DNA of 64,000 nucleotides from contig NC_091480.1 in assembly GCF_036971445.1 (NCBI RefSeq), forward strand, positions 5,642,001 to 5,706,000, given 5' to 3'. Position 1 is the stretch's first letter. Each line of letters begins with the position of its first letter. Source of the DNA: Narcine bancroftii (lineage: Eukaryota). Below the pieces are notes generated by a model, which did not search any database, had not been told where the DNA came from, and saw only the letters and a program-made list of their open reading frames with translations. The position numbers were made by a program, and so were the translations under genes. Positions 1 through 14,785 of this stretch are shown here, in pieces.

Positions 1-1101
1 GAAGGTCATTTAAGAGGGAAACTTTTTTTCTGCCACACAAAAGATATTTTAGTAAATCTGGAACAGTCTCTCTTAAAAAATCTCGATACGAGAGTAAAAT
101 GGTAACTTTACAATTAGCTTGATATATATTTGTTTGATATATATCTGACTGGAAGGAATTTGAAAGTAAAAAAAGAGGTGGACAAAGTTTATCTAGTACA
201 GATCAATCTTGATCCACTGAAGGGCACAAAAGAGTTTAGGTGCTAAGGATGGACATCCTCTCTCGAAGTTCTGTATCCAAAAGCGATGGAGTTGAACACC
301 AACAATCAGAGTCCGAGGTATGGTAAAATGTTGCTGACAATTTATTTAATCTCTGAAACTGTTCTCCATGTGGTTTGGTAATCCCAACAAACTCCCTGAT
401 GGGACTCACTGCATTTTCAAGAAGGCCGTGATAAAATTTCACACATCGACTTCCACTCAAACTAAAATGTTTGACGAACCAAGCAAGCATAAAATCTGGA
501 AATGATAACTTCATTAAACTGGCAACCTACTCGGTGATAGGGGCGCTGACAGACAGGCAGGCAGGCATTGGGTGGAGCGGTGAGTGCCTGCACAACTGCT
601 CTTCCAAATCACAAGCTCCATGGCAGATTGCTGAAACTACTAAAATAGGCAGAGCCAGAAGGGATGGAGGGTTTAATGAACAGCACTGGAATTCAGAATA
701 GTTCAGCAAATGCACAGGAAAACGGAGCAGTGAAGTTTTATCCTCACGCACCGAATACTTTGCATCTTCTTAAACAAATAAAAAAAGCTAAATGCCTGAA
801 GGCAAGTCCCAAAGAAACCACATTTCCCAAGGGGGTTGTGTGCCGAGAAAACGTCGCAGGAATGGAGGCAACTAGGATGTGGAGATATACAAGGGAAGTG
901 GAAGAGCCACAGCATACAAGGTTTAACAAAGCATGGTCTTAGTCACTGTACATACTTCAAAAGGATATGAATGCACTGTAATGACTCTAAAGAAGATATA
1001 CCAAGACTGTGCCCTGGGAAAAGATACACGAAGTTCAAGCTCATTTGAAGGACTGAGGTGAACCTAGAACCTTTAGTTAACTCCAACAAAATTGTACAAC
1101 T

Positions 1102-1425
1102 TACTGTATATATACTCATATTCAAGTCAATAGCGTGTAAAGGCTAACCTCCCTGTTTTTGGCCCCAGCCACCTGCTAGAGCTCCCGACATACTGTCCAT
1201 GGACTCTCCCCCAGGTTCCGGCCACCCGCCCATCAGAGCTTCCGATGTCTCGACTGCAGACTCTCCTCCAGGGCCCAGGCTGCCCACCCATCTAAACTCC
1301 TGACTCCTCAAACAATGCAGGTACTTACCACGACCAAAAGTAGCATTCACGTAACAGTCGACGCCATAAATTTAACATTAAAAAATGGACTAAAAAACTC
1401 AACGTTTACACGAGTATATATGGAA
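1102..1425. mobile_element. Tc1/mariner (Tc2/pogo-like) non-autonomous element
   Basis: Imperfect TIRs TACTGTATATATACTC...GAGTATATATGG. Confidence 0.45.
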
Positions 1426-2400
1426 AGCAATACAATTTAAACATATGGAAGACTCTGAAATGCCTTGCTCACAAACAGAGTCACCCCCCTGTTCTGTGCC
1501 AGGCTGGGACAGAATCACCTCCTGTTCTGTGCCAGGCTGGGAGAGTTAAGCAGTCGAAGGCAGTGGTGTAACTAGGAGAGTGCATTTTTCAAAAGTGATG
1601 CCTCCCCACTCCCCTCGGTCCAGCGCCGCCGCCGCCACCACCACGCCCCACCTATACGACACTGCCGCCACCACTAGTCTGACGCCACCACCCCGTCACG
1701 GTCTGCCAGCACTGCTGCCACCTCCCCACCCCAGTTTGACACCGCCACCAAACCCCTCCCACCCCAGTCCGACACCATTGAAAAGTTAGTGCAGCCCACC
1801 ATTCAACCACTGGCACACCATCTGGTACGTGTCGCCTTTTTGATGTGCCTTATCCCCCTAACTTTAGAACCTGAATAAGCCCCTGGTCAAAGGTGAACTT
1901 CAGCATCTAATGCTGGACAGTGCTTGCCGTACAGATTCAACCAGTCCCATCCACTGCCTTCTCAAAGATGGGCAGCAAATGCTAGCCTTACCCACACCCC
2001 AGGAATAAAACATTTTTATGCAATTGGCAAAAACACATGTTGTCGTCTCGTCACAGCGTTGAAATGGAATGCAAAGGTTAGAATTTTGATTCCATTAAAA
2101 GAAAGCTCGTGAAACATTCACACGTAGCATTGGGATTACCAAACCATATGGAGAACAGTTTTGGAGCAGCTGGCTTGTTCCAGTTGAAACAATTTTGGCT
2201 GCAAACAAGGCAGCTGTATGATCAGAAGTAAAACACAGAAGTCTGCAGACACCGTGGTTGAAGTAAAAACACGATGCTGGAGAAACTCAGCAAGTCAAAC
2301 AGTGTCCTTTATACAGCAACGATAAAGGTATATAACCAGAATGTCTAAATGAAATACTTGTCCTGGATATGTATTGTTTGTCTGTATGAGTTATGTCTGG

Positions 2401-2401
<1 letters not shown>

Positions 2402-2481
<80 letters not shown>
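2402..2481. repeat. (TG)n microsatellite, about 40 units
   Basis: Read directly from the sequence. Confidence 0.97.
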
Positions 2482-2485
<4 letters not shown>

Positions 2486-4947
2486 GCACTGAGGACCGGA
2501 GAACGCTGTTTCGTCAGGTTGTACTTGTGTAATCAGATGACAATAAATTTGACTTAACTTGCACAATACTGGTGTTGCAACTCTACAAATTACGTGACAC
2601 ATGATCGTGACAATAAAACTTGATTCTGAAAAAAAGATTTCAGTCAAGAATTCAGCTACATTGTACTTTGGGATGAACAGTAAAACATCCTGATTATAGC
2701 TCCGCCTTCTTGCACATGGAGGTGTTGTTGAGTTTATTGAAGTCCCTGGATATGTTCAACCTTCCTACATGATTTAGTCATTATCAGTTTTAAAACCCCA
2801 GGCCACTTTCAGAGAGGCAACATCTCCCCAAGGCTGTATACTATTTAATGTCATTGGAGGGAATGAACATTACAGAAAGAGAAATCAATCAAAGCAATCA
2901 AGCTTTCTGCCCTAGAGAGGCTTTGAAAAGATTAATGACAGGAGCTCAGATCGCCAGACCCCATTCCACATACCCCTTCTACACTGTTGAAAATATAATG
3001 GCAGCAAAAATCACTGTTGAGTCGGAACACACACAACAGCACAATTCTCTACAGAAAATTACTTGTTACCTTTTGTAATTACAATTACCTTTTACAATTT
3101 ATAATTATTAGACAGAGAATGAATTTTTGAATGTAGGTAATTCTTTGTTCAGGTGAGTTTCATTTTGAACAAAAGACTATTTATAGGAAGTACAAGACCA
3201 TAAGACATAAGAGCAGAAATAGGCCATTCAGCCCATCGATCTTCCACATCATTTAATCATGAGCTGAACCATTTCCCCACTCAGCCCCACTGCCTGGCCT
3301 TCTCCCCATAACCTTTGATGTCCTGGCTAATCAAGAACCCCGCGCTGTCTGTAAGGAGTTTATATGTTCTCCACGTGTCTGCGTGGGTTTTCTCTGGGGG
3401 CTCCGGTCTCCTCCCTCAGTTCAAAAAAATGTACCAGGGATTTAGGTTAATTGGGTGGCATAGACTCGTGGGCCAAAATGGCCTGTTCCTGTGCTGTATA
3501 TTTTAAAATTTAATATTGTCTTTCCAACAATATTTGCAAACATGTCACCTTCTCATTACCATCAATGGTAATGAATGAAGTGGCTTCCCCACACCAGTCA
3601 ATCCCATTATCAAAGGTTATGGCTGGTACATCACTAAAGGAAAGGGGAAACAAACAAGACAGAAAATTAAAGGAACAATGACTGGGGGTGGGGGGGAGGA
3701 ATTGATCATTTATAAAGTTAGAGAAAACTGACGTCATGATTTTATGTTTAATTGTCTCATGATAAGATTTAGGTTGTCTGTTTGCTCATAGTTTTGTGAT
3801 TCCACCTGCATTGAATTCACCCATCGTTATTGAATGAAGATCTACTGGGACCAATGCCTGAAGAGGGCGCACAAAATCAGTGAACCGGTGTGGACTCGAA
3901 AGGCCAACATGGCCTGTTTCTGCTCCGTAAATGGTTATATGGTTTGTATGTTGTTGCAAACACAGTTAAGAATTAAATGTAATTATGTGTCGCCTTGAAA
4001 ACTTCTGGATAGTATTCTAATTTAACAACACCCCACTAATCTTTAACACCTTACCACGCTATGAACAATTAACTTCTGTGCAATAAATCAGAACAGACCA
4101 CAAGAATACAAACAGCACAAGGTTGCTCTTTGAGAAGGCCCTGCTTATTTGATTAATTAACAGACTGAAAAGAATTCCACTGAAATGCATAGATAAGTCC
4201 CATTTTAGCTCAGCAGGTTCTTCACTCATCAACTCAACTCAGCAGCTCTAGTGCTCCCCAACCACAAAGTTTACCAGCAATCTTTCTCAACTTAGAAGTT
4301 ACAGACACAAATACTCTTTGAAAAACCAAACAAGAAATAACCCTCGAACATGCAGGCTGTGAGCTTTTGACAACTCGAGACAAGGAACCCACAAAGGCTG
4401 TTGGTGATTTGGGATGAGGAACCCATGCAGGCTGCAGGCGACTCGAGACAAAGAACCCATGCAGGCTGCTGGAGACCAGGTTTCAGAACTGAGATGTGAG
4501 TGGTGCTGTGGATGGGATGGGCTTCTGAGGGGCTTCGGGCACTGAATCGTGTCAGAGGTTTAGGTCTGGAGTTTGGGTTACTGATCGTTTGGACTGAAAT
4601 CTGTGTCAATAAGGAGGCTGAAGGAAGCACTGGAAGGACTTCAGTGACTTTGAAGGCACTCTATTTTGCATCTCTTTCTCTGATTATAAGGGGTGCTGGG
4701 CAATTTCTGATGATGGCGACTCTATGTCTGCCTTATGTGTAATATTACACTTGTTTTAATCTTGAAAAGTCCTTGTTTTTAAATATACAAGTTAAACCCA
4801 TTCATATTTAAAACTTGACATGAATGCAAGGCTCATTTTACACATCAAAAATGGTTTCAACAAATATCTCATTTCTTCTTCCAATGAGGCTACAGTTGTA
4901 ATTTACCTGCAAAAAGAAAAGTTTTCATGTCTGAAGTATTAACTCAC

Positions 4948-4993
4948 CTTATGGAAGGACAGTTCTGTCTGACAAGATGACAAATAAATCCAA
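4948..4993 (-). CDS. Putative 46-nt internal exon (WIYLSSCQTELSFHK) of the unidentified gene
   Basis: tatgttttttag| acceptor and AAG|gtgagt donor; open in the frame set by both upstream exons. Confidence 0.55.
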
Positions 4994-5747
4994 CTAAAAA
5001 ACATAAATAGGTGGTAAGGAGGAAGAAATGAGAATCAGATGGAAGAAAAACAATTACAAACGAACAATTAGATTCAGCACAGCAAAAATCCCCAGCCTGC
5101 TGGAGGAACTCCGAGAGGAGCAGCATCAGTTGGGGGATGGCCCTTCATCAAGACTGAGTGAAATCTTCATGAAGAATCGCCCACAATTCCTTTCTCTCCC
5201 GCTGACCCTTCTTGACTCACTGAGTTCCTCCAGCAGATTGCGATTCTTTTCACTCTGCTCCAGATTTCAACATCTGCAATCTCTTGCAAATCTCCAGGAT
5301 CCGTCACTCTCTCCTCAAATGCTGCTACATGATTGTGAAGAAGAGCTCAGGCCCAAAACTTTGGTTATACATCTTTATCTGGTATGGACTGAGTTCCTCC
5401 AGCATTTCTCTGCTTTTATTAAGAGGTTATGTACCACAAGGAGAAAAGACAACCATCAACAACCATGGCTCTCAATTTTGCAAGACTTGCAAGTGCCAAA
5501 TGTCACTGGTCACCAGCAACAAGTCCAGCTGTGTTAATGAATGCCATTTGCATTAAAGCATTCTTTGTTTTGTTAACCAAATCCCTATTACAATCCACAG
5601 AGCCTTTGTACTGGCAATCTGGTCCAATGCAGGTGAAAGAGACAGGTGATAAATCCCTAGACTGTGCGGTTGAGATTTTCTAACTGCAGGCAGGTGTCAC
5701 AAAAATCCCATTCCCATCATCAATGAGCGATGAATGAAGGTTTAAAA

Positions 5748-5970
5748 GGCAGCAGAGCTCGTGTAGCAGTTAGCACAATACTGTTACAGTGACCCTGGGC
5801 TCAAACTTGGCCCTGTCTGTAAAGGAGGTTGTACATTCTCCCCGTGTCTGCGTAAGTTTCCTCTGAGCACTCCAGTTTCCTACCACCCTTCAAAACACAC
5901 AGGGCTTGTAGGTTCATTGGGTGGCACAGGGTCATGGACCAGAAGGGCCCATTATTATACTGCATGTCTA
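5748..5970 (+). mobile_element. tRNA-derived HE1/V-SINE-like SINE; other copies at about 3340-3500, 11345-11540, 24870-25620 (split), 39360-39555 (minus) and 45355-45460
   Basis: Degenerate A/B boxes and the conserved core GTCTGTAAGGAGTTTGTACATTCTCCCCGTG...GGTTTCCTC. Confidence 0.75.
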
Positions 5971-6589
5971 AATTTAAATTTAAAATTTACAGTGAGAAGA
6001 AAATGTACAATGAAACAGGAACTCCAATAGATGATGTCTTGCAATTTGGATTTACAGTTCCAGCTCAGTTTGAAACAGATGCTACAATGGAAATTGGGGA
6101 TGAAACACACTGTCAGGATAAGCTGTATTCACTATTCACGAACAAGATTCCCACTCTCCCATTACTAACACTTGTCAATGTTCAGTTACAGTCCAAACGG
6201 GTACAAACTAGCACCAAATGGTCTTATACTGTACCTATCAGGACTTCATATTTTATTTATAAACAGTCCTCATTTTTTTAAATTTAAAATTGAGATGAAG
6301 GTAAGGCTGGTGCACATTAACATGAGGTTAGTCACAACCTTTTAACTCTTCCCTCAATTGGGATCAAAATCTGAGATTCAAGATGGTGTCAAGTGTTTCA
6401 TCTAACTGCAATTTTAAAAAAATACTAACACTTTTCTGCTGTTCAGAGACATTATTTCCTATCAAAAGAAGCAGTAAATTCCTCACCTTGTAACAGGATG
6501 ACACTGTTAGACAAGGCAACAAGGAAATGTAATCGACAGAAAAATAATTAAAGTGCAGAAAAAACAAATTCAGAAGTCAGCATAAATAA

Positions 6590-7240
6590 TGTTTTAACAT
6601 ATAACATAACAATTTACAGCACGGAAACAGGCCATTAGGCCCTTCTAGTCCGCACCGAACCAAACACCCCTTTCTAGTCCCACCTCCCTGCACAATGCCC
6701 ATAACCCTCCATCTTCTTCTCATCCATATACCTGTCCAACCTTTTCTTAAATAATACAATTGACTCCGCCGCCACTATTTCTCCCGGAAGATCATTCCAC
6801 ACGGCTACCACTCTCTGAGTAAAGAAGTTCCCCCTCATGTTACCTCTAAACCTCTGCCCCTTAATTCTCAACTCATGTCCTCTTGTTTTAATCTTTCCTC
6901 CTCTTAACGGAAATAGTCTATCCACATCCACTCTGTCTATCCCTTTCATAATCTTAAATACTTCTATCAAATCCCCTCTCAACCTTCTACGCTCCAAAGA
7001 ATAAAGACCTAATCTGTCCAATCTCTCCCTATACTCTAGATGCTTAAACCCAGGTAACATTCTGGTAAACCTTCTCTGCACTCTCTCCACTCTGTTTATA
7101 TCCTTCCTATAATTAGGCGACCAGAACTGCACACAGAACTCCAAATTAGGCCGCACCAACGTCTTATACAGTCTCAACATCACCTCCCAACTCCTATATT
7201 CCATGCAATGATTGATAAAGGCCAGCATACTAAAAGCCTA
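6590..7240 (-). mobile_element. Young 5'-truncated CR1-clade (HER1-like) LINE 3' end
   Basis: Uninterrupted 184-aa CR1 ORF2 C-terminus (LYKTLVRPNLEFCVQFWSP...RRRLRGDLIEVFKI...TRGH...FFTQRVV) and a (TATGT)n tail. Confidence 0.92.
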
Positions 7241-8659
7241 CTTCAAGTTAATTAATTCACTCTGCATGTACAATGGAATTATTTCTACCCCCACCAAGCA
7301 CAGATTTGGATACATTTCTTAGTCAAACCAAATACGGGTTCAGCTTGGATATATTGAAGGAAAGATGTATGATATTGAACTGCCTGAAGTATATCACAAA
7401 GCCATAAATTATACAACGAAGAGGAAATATGCATTTTGATATTCCAGAATAATGTGTGCCAAAATGAAAAGAAAAGCAACAAAAGAATAGTTTTTGCCTC
7501 AGTTTTAACTGAACTTGTTCATGCACTATTCTTCTTCAGTGATTTACTGGAACCATTTCACAAACAGTGCATGGCACCCTGCTTTTTGTGTTCATTAGAA
7601 TAGCTGCGATTCCTGACATCCTCTCATTACTCTTCCACACCACCCACCCAGTCTCCTGCTCCATCTCTCCTGGAGCAGATCTGAGAAATTAATGACCAGC
7701 ATCTCTGGTCCAACTCTGGAGCAGATAAATCCAATCCCACACAGTAGATGACTTACAATCAATACCCCAGAAATTCCAGATCATCTTCGGGATCACCAAT
7801 GTTTTCAGGCTGTTTATCTCTGCCCAGTCCCCTTTGCATCTCCAATTAAAAAGAGGGAAGAAAACTTAAAACAGAGATCAGATTGTTATCTGGAAAAATA
7901 TACCCATTTATTCAACTGTTCCCTGCTTCTCATCTATCAACCAATTCTCAATCCGTGTCAGAATAACACTCTAATCCATGTGCTTTACTTTCACACCCCC
8001 AACTCCCATCAAAAGTCTTCTGTAAATCCAAGTATACCACATTTCTGCTTCTCTCCCATCTATTCTACAAATTACAGCCTCAATTCTGGTTAGACATGAC
8101 TTAATGTTTATAAACCCAAGCTGGCTTTATTCAATCTTGTTAAAGCTTTCCAAGTGTTCTGTTTTAAATCTGTGAGAGCTGAATCTAAAGTATCCCCACC
8201 ATTGATGCTGGTTTACAATGCCCTGTGTGTTTTCTCTCCTTCCCTTATATGAAAAAAATAGAATTACATTTGCAGCCCTCCTATCTGAAAAGACCACACC
8301 AGAAGTGTGGAAGAAGACCTTCAATGCATGCACTATTTTGACCTGTTACTATTTTGTCCTCTGGGAAGGAGACGATCAGACCCCTGCATTTACCCAGCAA
8401 CAGTCATTATTCCACCATGCACTATTCACACTTCTGTGAATATATTAAGACAAAGTTAGTCACAATCTTTCAACTTTCTTCTCAATTGGGATCACAAATC
8501 AGAGATTTGAGATGGTATCAAGTGTTTAACTGCAATTTTATTAAACTAACGAACATTTTTTCTAACTGCTGCTGTTTGGAGACATTATTTTCTATCAAAA
8601 TGAAGCAGAGATTCTAACAGCTAACACCTTGAGGCAGAATGGTACTGCTGAACAAGGCA

Positions 8660-9800
8660 ACAACCCTCCTCCTTCAACCCTGGTCTAGTATTCCCAACCC
8701 CAAAACATAGACATACCCCAAGGATACGTGCTTAGCCCAATGCTCTACTCATTATACACCCAGGACTGGGTGGCCAGACCCAATTCCAATGCTATCTCAA
8801 GTTTATCAATGACACCACAGTTGTCGGCAGAATAACAAACGGCAATGAGGAAATGTACGGGAGGGAGATAGATCAGCTCGTTGAATGGTGTAACAACAAC
8901 AACTTTGCGTTCAACATCAGAAAAACCAAGGAGGTGTTTGTGGACTTCAGGAGGAAGTCAGGGGAACACGACCCAGTCCTCAGTGGGCTCGGAGGGTCAA
9001 GAACTTCACATTAATGGGTGTCAACATCTCAGAGGATCTGTCCTGGAGCCTCCATGTTGATGCAATCATGAAGAAGGCTCACCAGCAGATATACTTTGTG
9101 AGGTGTCTGAGGAGATTTGGTATGTCACCAAAGATTCTCGTAAACTTCTACAGGTGTACTGTGGCGAGCATTCTGGCTGGTTGCATCACTGCCTGGTTGC
9201 ATCACTGCCTGGTACGGAGACGCCAACTCTCAGGACAAGAATAAACTCCAAAGGGTTGTTAACTCGGCCTGCGACATCACAGGCACCAGACTTCACTCCA
9301 TTGAGGACATCGACATGAGGCAGTGTCTTAAAAAGCAGCTTCTATCCTCAAAGACCCCCACCATCCAGGTTACGCCCTCTTCACTCTTCTACCATCTGTT
9401 GTATTTTGTATGTTTAATATTTATTGGATTTAGAGGGGGGTGGAAAGGGGGAGGGAGGGAGGGTAGGGGGAGAAAAGAGGGAAATATGTCACTGTGTATA
9501 TTTAATGAAGAACATTTGTACATATTGTTGTTGATACGGTTCATAGTGCAATAAATAAATCAGGACAAAGGTACAGGAGCCTAAAGACAAGCACTCAGCG
9601 GCACAAAGACAGCTTCTTCCCCACTGCCATCAGATTCCTGAATAATCAATGAACCAAAGACACGGCCTCACCTTTTGTGCACTATTTTTTTTAAGAGTAA
9701 TGATGTAAGGTGGTTATCATCTGAATGTTTGCTCTCTGAGATGCTGCTGTAAAACACTGAATTTCATGACTTGTTCATGACAAATAAATCCTGATTCTGA
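8660..9800 (+). mobile_element. Rex1/Babar-type LINE 3' fragment
   Basis: RT remnants, GVNISEDLSW, FYRCTVASILAGCITAW, (TTCTGA)n-type tail. Confidence 0.8.
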
Positions 9801-9859
9801 TATCACTTCTCCATACCTGTATCCCTAAACCATAGCTCATGCACCTCAATGCTAGCATT

Positions 9860-10270
9860 CATTTGAAGATGATTAGAATATAAGACCAGGAAAGTGATGT
9901 AGAGGCTTTATAAGACAGTGTGAGACCTTACGGAGTATTGTGAGCAGTTTTCGGCTCATTTAAGGAAGGATGTGCTGACGCTAGAAAAGGTTCAGAAGAG
10001 GTTCACAAGGATGATTCAGGGAATGAAAGAGATAGTATCTGAGGATCATTTGATGGCTCTTGGCCTGTGCTCATTAGAATTTAGGAGAATGAGAAGGATC
10101 TCAATGAAACCTTTCAAATGTTGAAAGGTGTGGACAAAGTAGGCACAACTTCAGGATTAAAGGGCATCCACTTAGAACAGAGATGCAGAGCCAGAGGGTG
10201 GTAAATCTGTGGAATTTGTGGAGGCCGCTATTCGGTGTATTTAAGGCAGAGATTGATCTGTTCTTGATTA
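9860..10270 (+). mobile_element. CR1 LINE fragment, degraded
   Basis: LYKT..RP..EYCEQF and RRFTRMI remnants. Confidence 0.75.
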
Positions 10271-10464
10271 CCCTACCCAGGAATCAAAATCTCTTTTCTC
10301 ACTGCTAACCCTCCTAGGAAACGGGAAAATTTGCTGGACAAGCTGACCCCAGGAGCATCTCACATCGCACCATTATTTGCAGGTAATTCTACAACTCAGG
10401 ATTTTTAAGGGGCGGGGGGGTCCCCTAAAGTGAAGACATGGCAAGTGGCGGGGTACATACTCAC

Positions 10465-10700
10465 CATGTCCCAAGGTCTAATTGCGTAGTTAGCGATTTG
10501 ATTTTTAAATGCAGGCCCTGAAACTCTGTGTTGTGTTATAAACGAGGCAAGTCTCGTCAGCACAGTTATCACTGGAAACACTGGCCGAAGAAGAGTGCGG
10601 TTTCACAGAGCATACGAGGAGATTTGAGGAGGAGGCAGATAAGCAGGCTGATTTGTGTAGTTGTAAACAGAGGCACATTCTGACTTTTTTGGAACGCCAA
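10465..10700 (-). other. Putative alternative first exon (1c) ending in ATG|gtgagt (5' end approximate)
   Basis: Consensus donor directly after ATG in non-repetitive sequence; AP-1/MARE-like TGAGTTAACTCA and GCTGACTCAG upstream. Confidence 0.4.
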
Positions 10701-13700
10701 TTTAAAATTAGAGTACCCACCGACAAATTTCCCCCCACTATGACACATGCACGCAGGCGCTGATGCCACTAATCATTCCTGGTTGGAGTTATTGTTGTTT
10801 CATACCACCAGAAAGCAACTGGTGAGTTAACTCAGCCAGGCTCTGACACTTGCCCCCTCCATGGATCAGTGCCCAGTTGAAACCTACTCACCCTGCCCGG
10901 TTATGTCATTCCACATCATGCAATTTGCCCGCAATACTGGAGGGCTGACTCAGAGAAGTAATCAGTGGTGTGAAAGTGGTTAATGATTATGGGGAGAAGG
11001 CCAGGCAGTAGCACTGGATCAGCTCATAAGTACATGATGGGATAGACTTGATGGGCTGAATAGCCTATTTCTACATCCACGTAACACCACATGGCCCATC
11101 TGCACTAGACTTCTCCACCCACTATAATTACATTATCTTCAATTTCATTCTCCTTTATGTATTTACTCAACTCCTCTTAAAATTATCTTTTTTTCAGTAG
11201 TCCCAAAGATGGTATAGTTACCACTCTCAAAGAAATTATGTTCCCTTTGGGATTTCTCAATGGTTCAGGCAAGAATATCCTTTTCAATCTATTCCATCAA
11301 ACATTTTACCAACTTAACCCTTTGATGAGAAAGTAGATTCAACTTGGTGGCATGGTTAGTGCTACTACAGCACTGAGTTTGAATCCCACGCTGTCTGTAA
11401 GGAGTTTGTACATTCTGCATGTGGCTGTGGGTTTCCTCCAGGTGCTACGATTTCCTACCACCATTCAAAATGCATAGGCTTTAGGGTAATTGAGGTATTT
11501 GGGTGGCACGAGCTTGTGGGCCACAAGGGCCTGTTACCATGTCTACTAAACACTAAGTACCAGAATATTTGGCAAGTCAGGCAGAATCTGTGGAAGGAGA
11601 AATAGTGAATACTTCAGATCTTCTTTAGACAGGGGCTGTATTGTCTAGAGTTTAGGACACAACCTGATGCTAAGGAAATCAAGGAACATGGAGAATGCAG
11701 GAAAATGGCACTGAGGTTAATCAGCTGTAATAAATGGTGGGGTGGCCTCAAAGGCCCAGATGAAGTGATATCTGAATCTTCATTCTTTCCTCCTTAAATC
11801 TTACTCACCCATTTCCTTTCAAGGACCTATTTATTATCAGTACATTTCTGCTTAGTCATGGATCATCCTTGCAAAATTGCCCTCATTAATTCCCAGACCA
11901 TCCTTCTGCTTATCCAGAACTACATTCAATTACGAACACCATCTCCAAAAATGCTCTTCCATGGTCATCCACTTCCATTAGCACAGATCATTCCTCAAAA
12001 TCTCACTTCCAATACCTTCTAAACCATCACATTTCCATTGGTGACAGATTTCTTCATAAATTCCCAGAATCATCTGTGAAATAACTCTAATTTTGTTAAA
12101 AGCAGACTGTTCACCCAAAGAAACTAACCATTTGTTGTGATTAGCTTTTAACCAAATTGAGCTAAGAGTAATGCGTAATATTGTGTTGATACAGTGAAGC
12201 TGCTCTGTCCACTGAAGAAGACTTGTATAGGTGTCTAAATAATTTGCCTCAAAGCTTTACAATGTTGAAAAACAAATTTTGCTTAACCCCAAGGGTTTCT
12301 CATTCAACCATATTTGTATAATTAAAATCAGACCAGGAAACATTTTCTCTTGAAACCAAAACTTCCTTGCAGAGCAATAGCAAGGCAAATGTAACTAGCA
12401 GGAAAACTGCTTAAATTTCATTTTCTATTTCTTGGTTGGTTACTTGGTATGAGGATACCCCTGAGGTAAAATCCTCCTCATCATCGAAAACATCTATAGG
12501 GAAGAGCAGCAATCATCAAAGATCCACACCACCCAGCACACGCTCTGTTCTCACTGCTACCATCAGGAAAGAGGTCTCGATGCCACAAGAATCTCACCAC
12601 CAGGTTCAGGAACAGCTGCTGCCCCTCCACCATCAGACTCCTCAATGACAAACTCAATCAGGGACTCGTTTAAGGACTCTATATTTTTTTCTCTTCGTAC
12701 TGCACAGTTTGATTACATTTCTTTATTTGTTTACATGTTTAGATTGTGTAGTTTTATTTGTACTACCAGTAAGTGGTCATTCTGCCTCACCCGCAGGAAA
12801 AAGAACCTCAGGGTTGTATGCAGTGCCATATGACAATACATTTGAAATCTGAAACAGACTCAGTATTTTCCGTGTTGTTCATAAAAATCGAATAAACCTA
12901 ATAAAGGCAACATCGTGAAGTTAAGTCAGCAATTATCATACACAATTCCTCTCTGCTCAATTTTTTTCCCCTTCATGATGAAAAGAGATGAGGTAAATCA
13001 GGGGAACACATTTTCACCCAGAGAAGGTGGCTTAGACAAGGTTGCAGCACATCATTTTACTCTCACATTTTGAAATGTGTTTAGCTGAGCGTTTGAAACA
13101 CACTGATGTAGAATGCTGGACCAAACGGCAATATACCACAAGCTGGGAATGATGCTCACCCACGTCGGGATCTTTGCTTGATCAGGCTATTTGTTATTGA
13201 GGTGGGTTTTGAAGCCCTTGTGCCTTAAGCCAAAGCTCCAATTCACTCCTTCTGAAAACCCTTAATTTGTTGCCCCAGACGGTTGTGGAGGCCAGGCCAT
13301 TGGGTGGATTTAAAGGTCCTTGATTAGCCAGGGTCTCAAAGGTTACATACAGGCAGTGGAGCTGATTGGGAAAACGGATCCGCTCATGATTGAATGGCGG
13401 GGAAGGATTGATGGGCTGAAGGGCCTATTTATCCTCCTGGCTTTAAATCACAACTGTCAAGTCAGAGCAGGCATCAGGTGAGACAGGGTCACTTCCCAAA
13501 AGGCTGCTAGGACTGGACTCTCCTTCATGCCACAGGACCCTCATCCACACAGAATGACTATCTAGGTGACAGAACATTGGAAAGAAACTCGAGCCCTTGT
13601 CGGCAACAACGTTTGGCCAGGCATGAGAGCAAGGCAGGAATACAACCTACTCCAGCACTTCCTCAGAGAGACGCCGGTGCTTTTGGCCGCGTTCTCAGCT

Positions 13701-13892
13701 GCAGAGGTGGAAGCGGAGAAAGGAATCGTTGCTGGGATGAACTTTCAAGCTGCCAGCCCCACCGGAATCCCCTCCCCCTCCGCGGTCCTGTGTCTGCGCC
13801 TCCTCAGTGACTGGGGAGGCGGCGCTCAGTGCCCGGCTCCGGCCACTCAGTCCCCCAGCCCGGCGACTGCTGCCACCCACTTCCCCGCTTAC

Positions 13893-14029
13893 CTGCTGCG
13901 GCTCCTCGGCAGCTGCAGCTGGCGGCTGCGGGCGCCCAGGGCTGCGGGTCCCCAGAGTGGGGGAACCGAGGCCGGCAAGCCGGCCCGTGCCTCCGTGTCT
14001 GCGGCGAGGGATGAAGCGGACGTTCCCAT
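13893..14029 (-). CDS. Putative alternative first coding exon (1b), MGTSASSLAADTEARAG...PRSRS
   Basis: CpG island, strong Kozak accATGG, CAG|gtaagc donor; phase 2 fits the 46-nt exon. Confidence 0.6.
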
Positions 14030-14189
14030 GGTCTGGTCGGCTCGGCTCGGCTCGGCTCACTGCCAGCGCGCATCGACCGCTCGCCCCGGCGCCGCGCAGC
14101 TCCGCGCGCAGACACAGCCCCGGGACGGCTCACGGCTCGCAGACAGAGCGGCTGGCAGTGTGTGTGTGTGATAGCGGGGGAGGCACAGG

Positions 14190-14785
14190 GGGGGGCGGGG
14201 GGAGGCGCGGGGGGGGGCGGGGGGAGGCGCGGGGGAGGGGGCGGGGGGAGGCGCGGGGGAGGGGGCGGGGGAGGCGCGGGGGAGGGGGCGGGGGGAGGCG
14301 CGGGGGAGGGGGCGGGGGGAGGCGCGGGGAGGGGGCGGGGGGAGGCGCGGGGGAGGGGGCGGGGGGAGGGGGCGGGGGGAGGCGCGGGGGAGGGGGCGGG
14401 GGGAGGCGCGGGGGAGGGGGCGGGGGGAGGCGCGGGGGAGGGGGCGGGGGGAGGCGCGGGGGAGGGGGCGGGGGGAGGCGCGGGGGAGGGGGCGGGGGGA
14501 GGCGCGGGGGAGGGGGCGGGGGGAGGCGCGGGGGAGGGGGCGGGGGGAGGCGCGGGGGAGGGGGCGGGGGGAGGCGCGGGGGAGGGGGCGGGGGGAGGCG
14601 CGGGGGAGGGGGCGGGGGGAGGCGCGGGGGAGGGGGCGGGGGGAGGCGCGGGGGAGGGGGCGGGGGGAGGCGCGGGGGAGGGGGCGGGGGGAGGCGCGGG
14701 GGAGGGGCGGGGGGAGGCGCGGGGGAGGGGGCGGGGGGAGGCGCGGGGGAGGGGGCGGGGGGAGGCGCGGGGGAGGGGGCGGGGG
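14190..14785. repeat. GC-rich minisatellite, ~24-bp unit GGGGAGGGGGCGGGGGGAGGCGCG, about 25 copies, followed by a purine-rich tract to about 15260
   Basis: Read directly from the sequence. Confidence 0.95.

Noticed and set aside
236-514. 92-aa minus-strand ORF as a possible exon of the left-hand gene
   Set aside because: No recognisable homology; the plus strand shows ETVLHVVW and KHKIWK remnants that fit a decayed L1/Tx1 ORF2 C-terminus.
11345-11400. tRNA-like A/B box sequence
   Set aside because: It is the head of a tRNA-derived SINE and has no cloverleaf.
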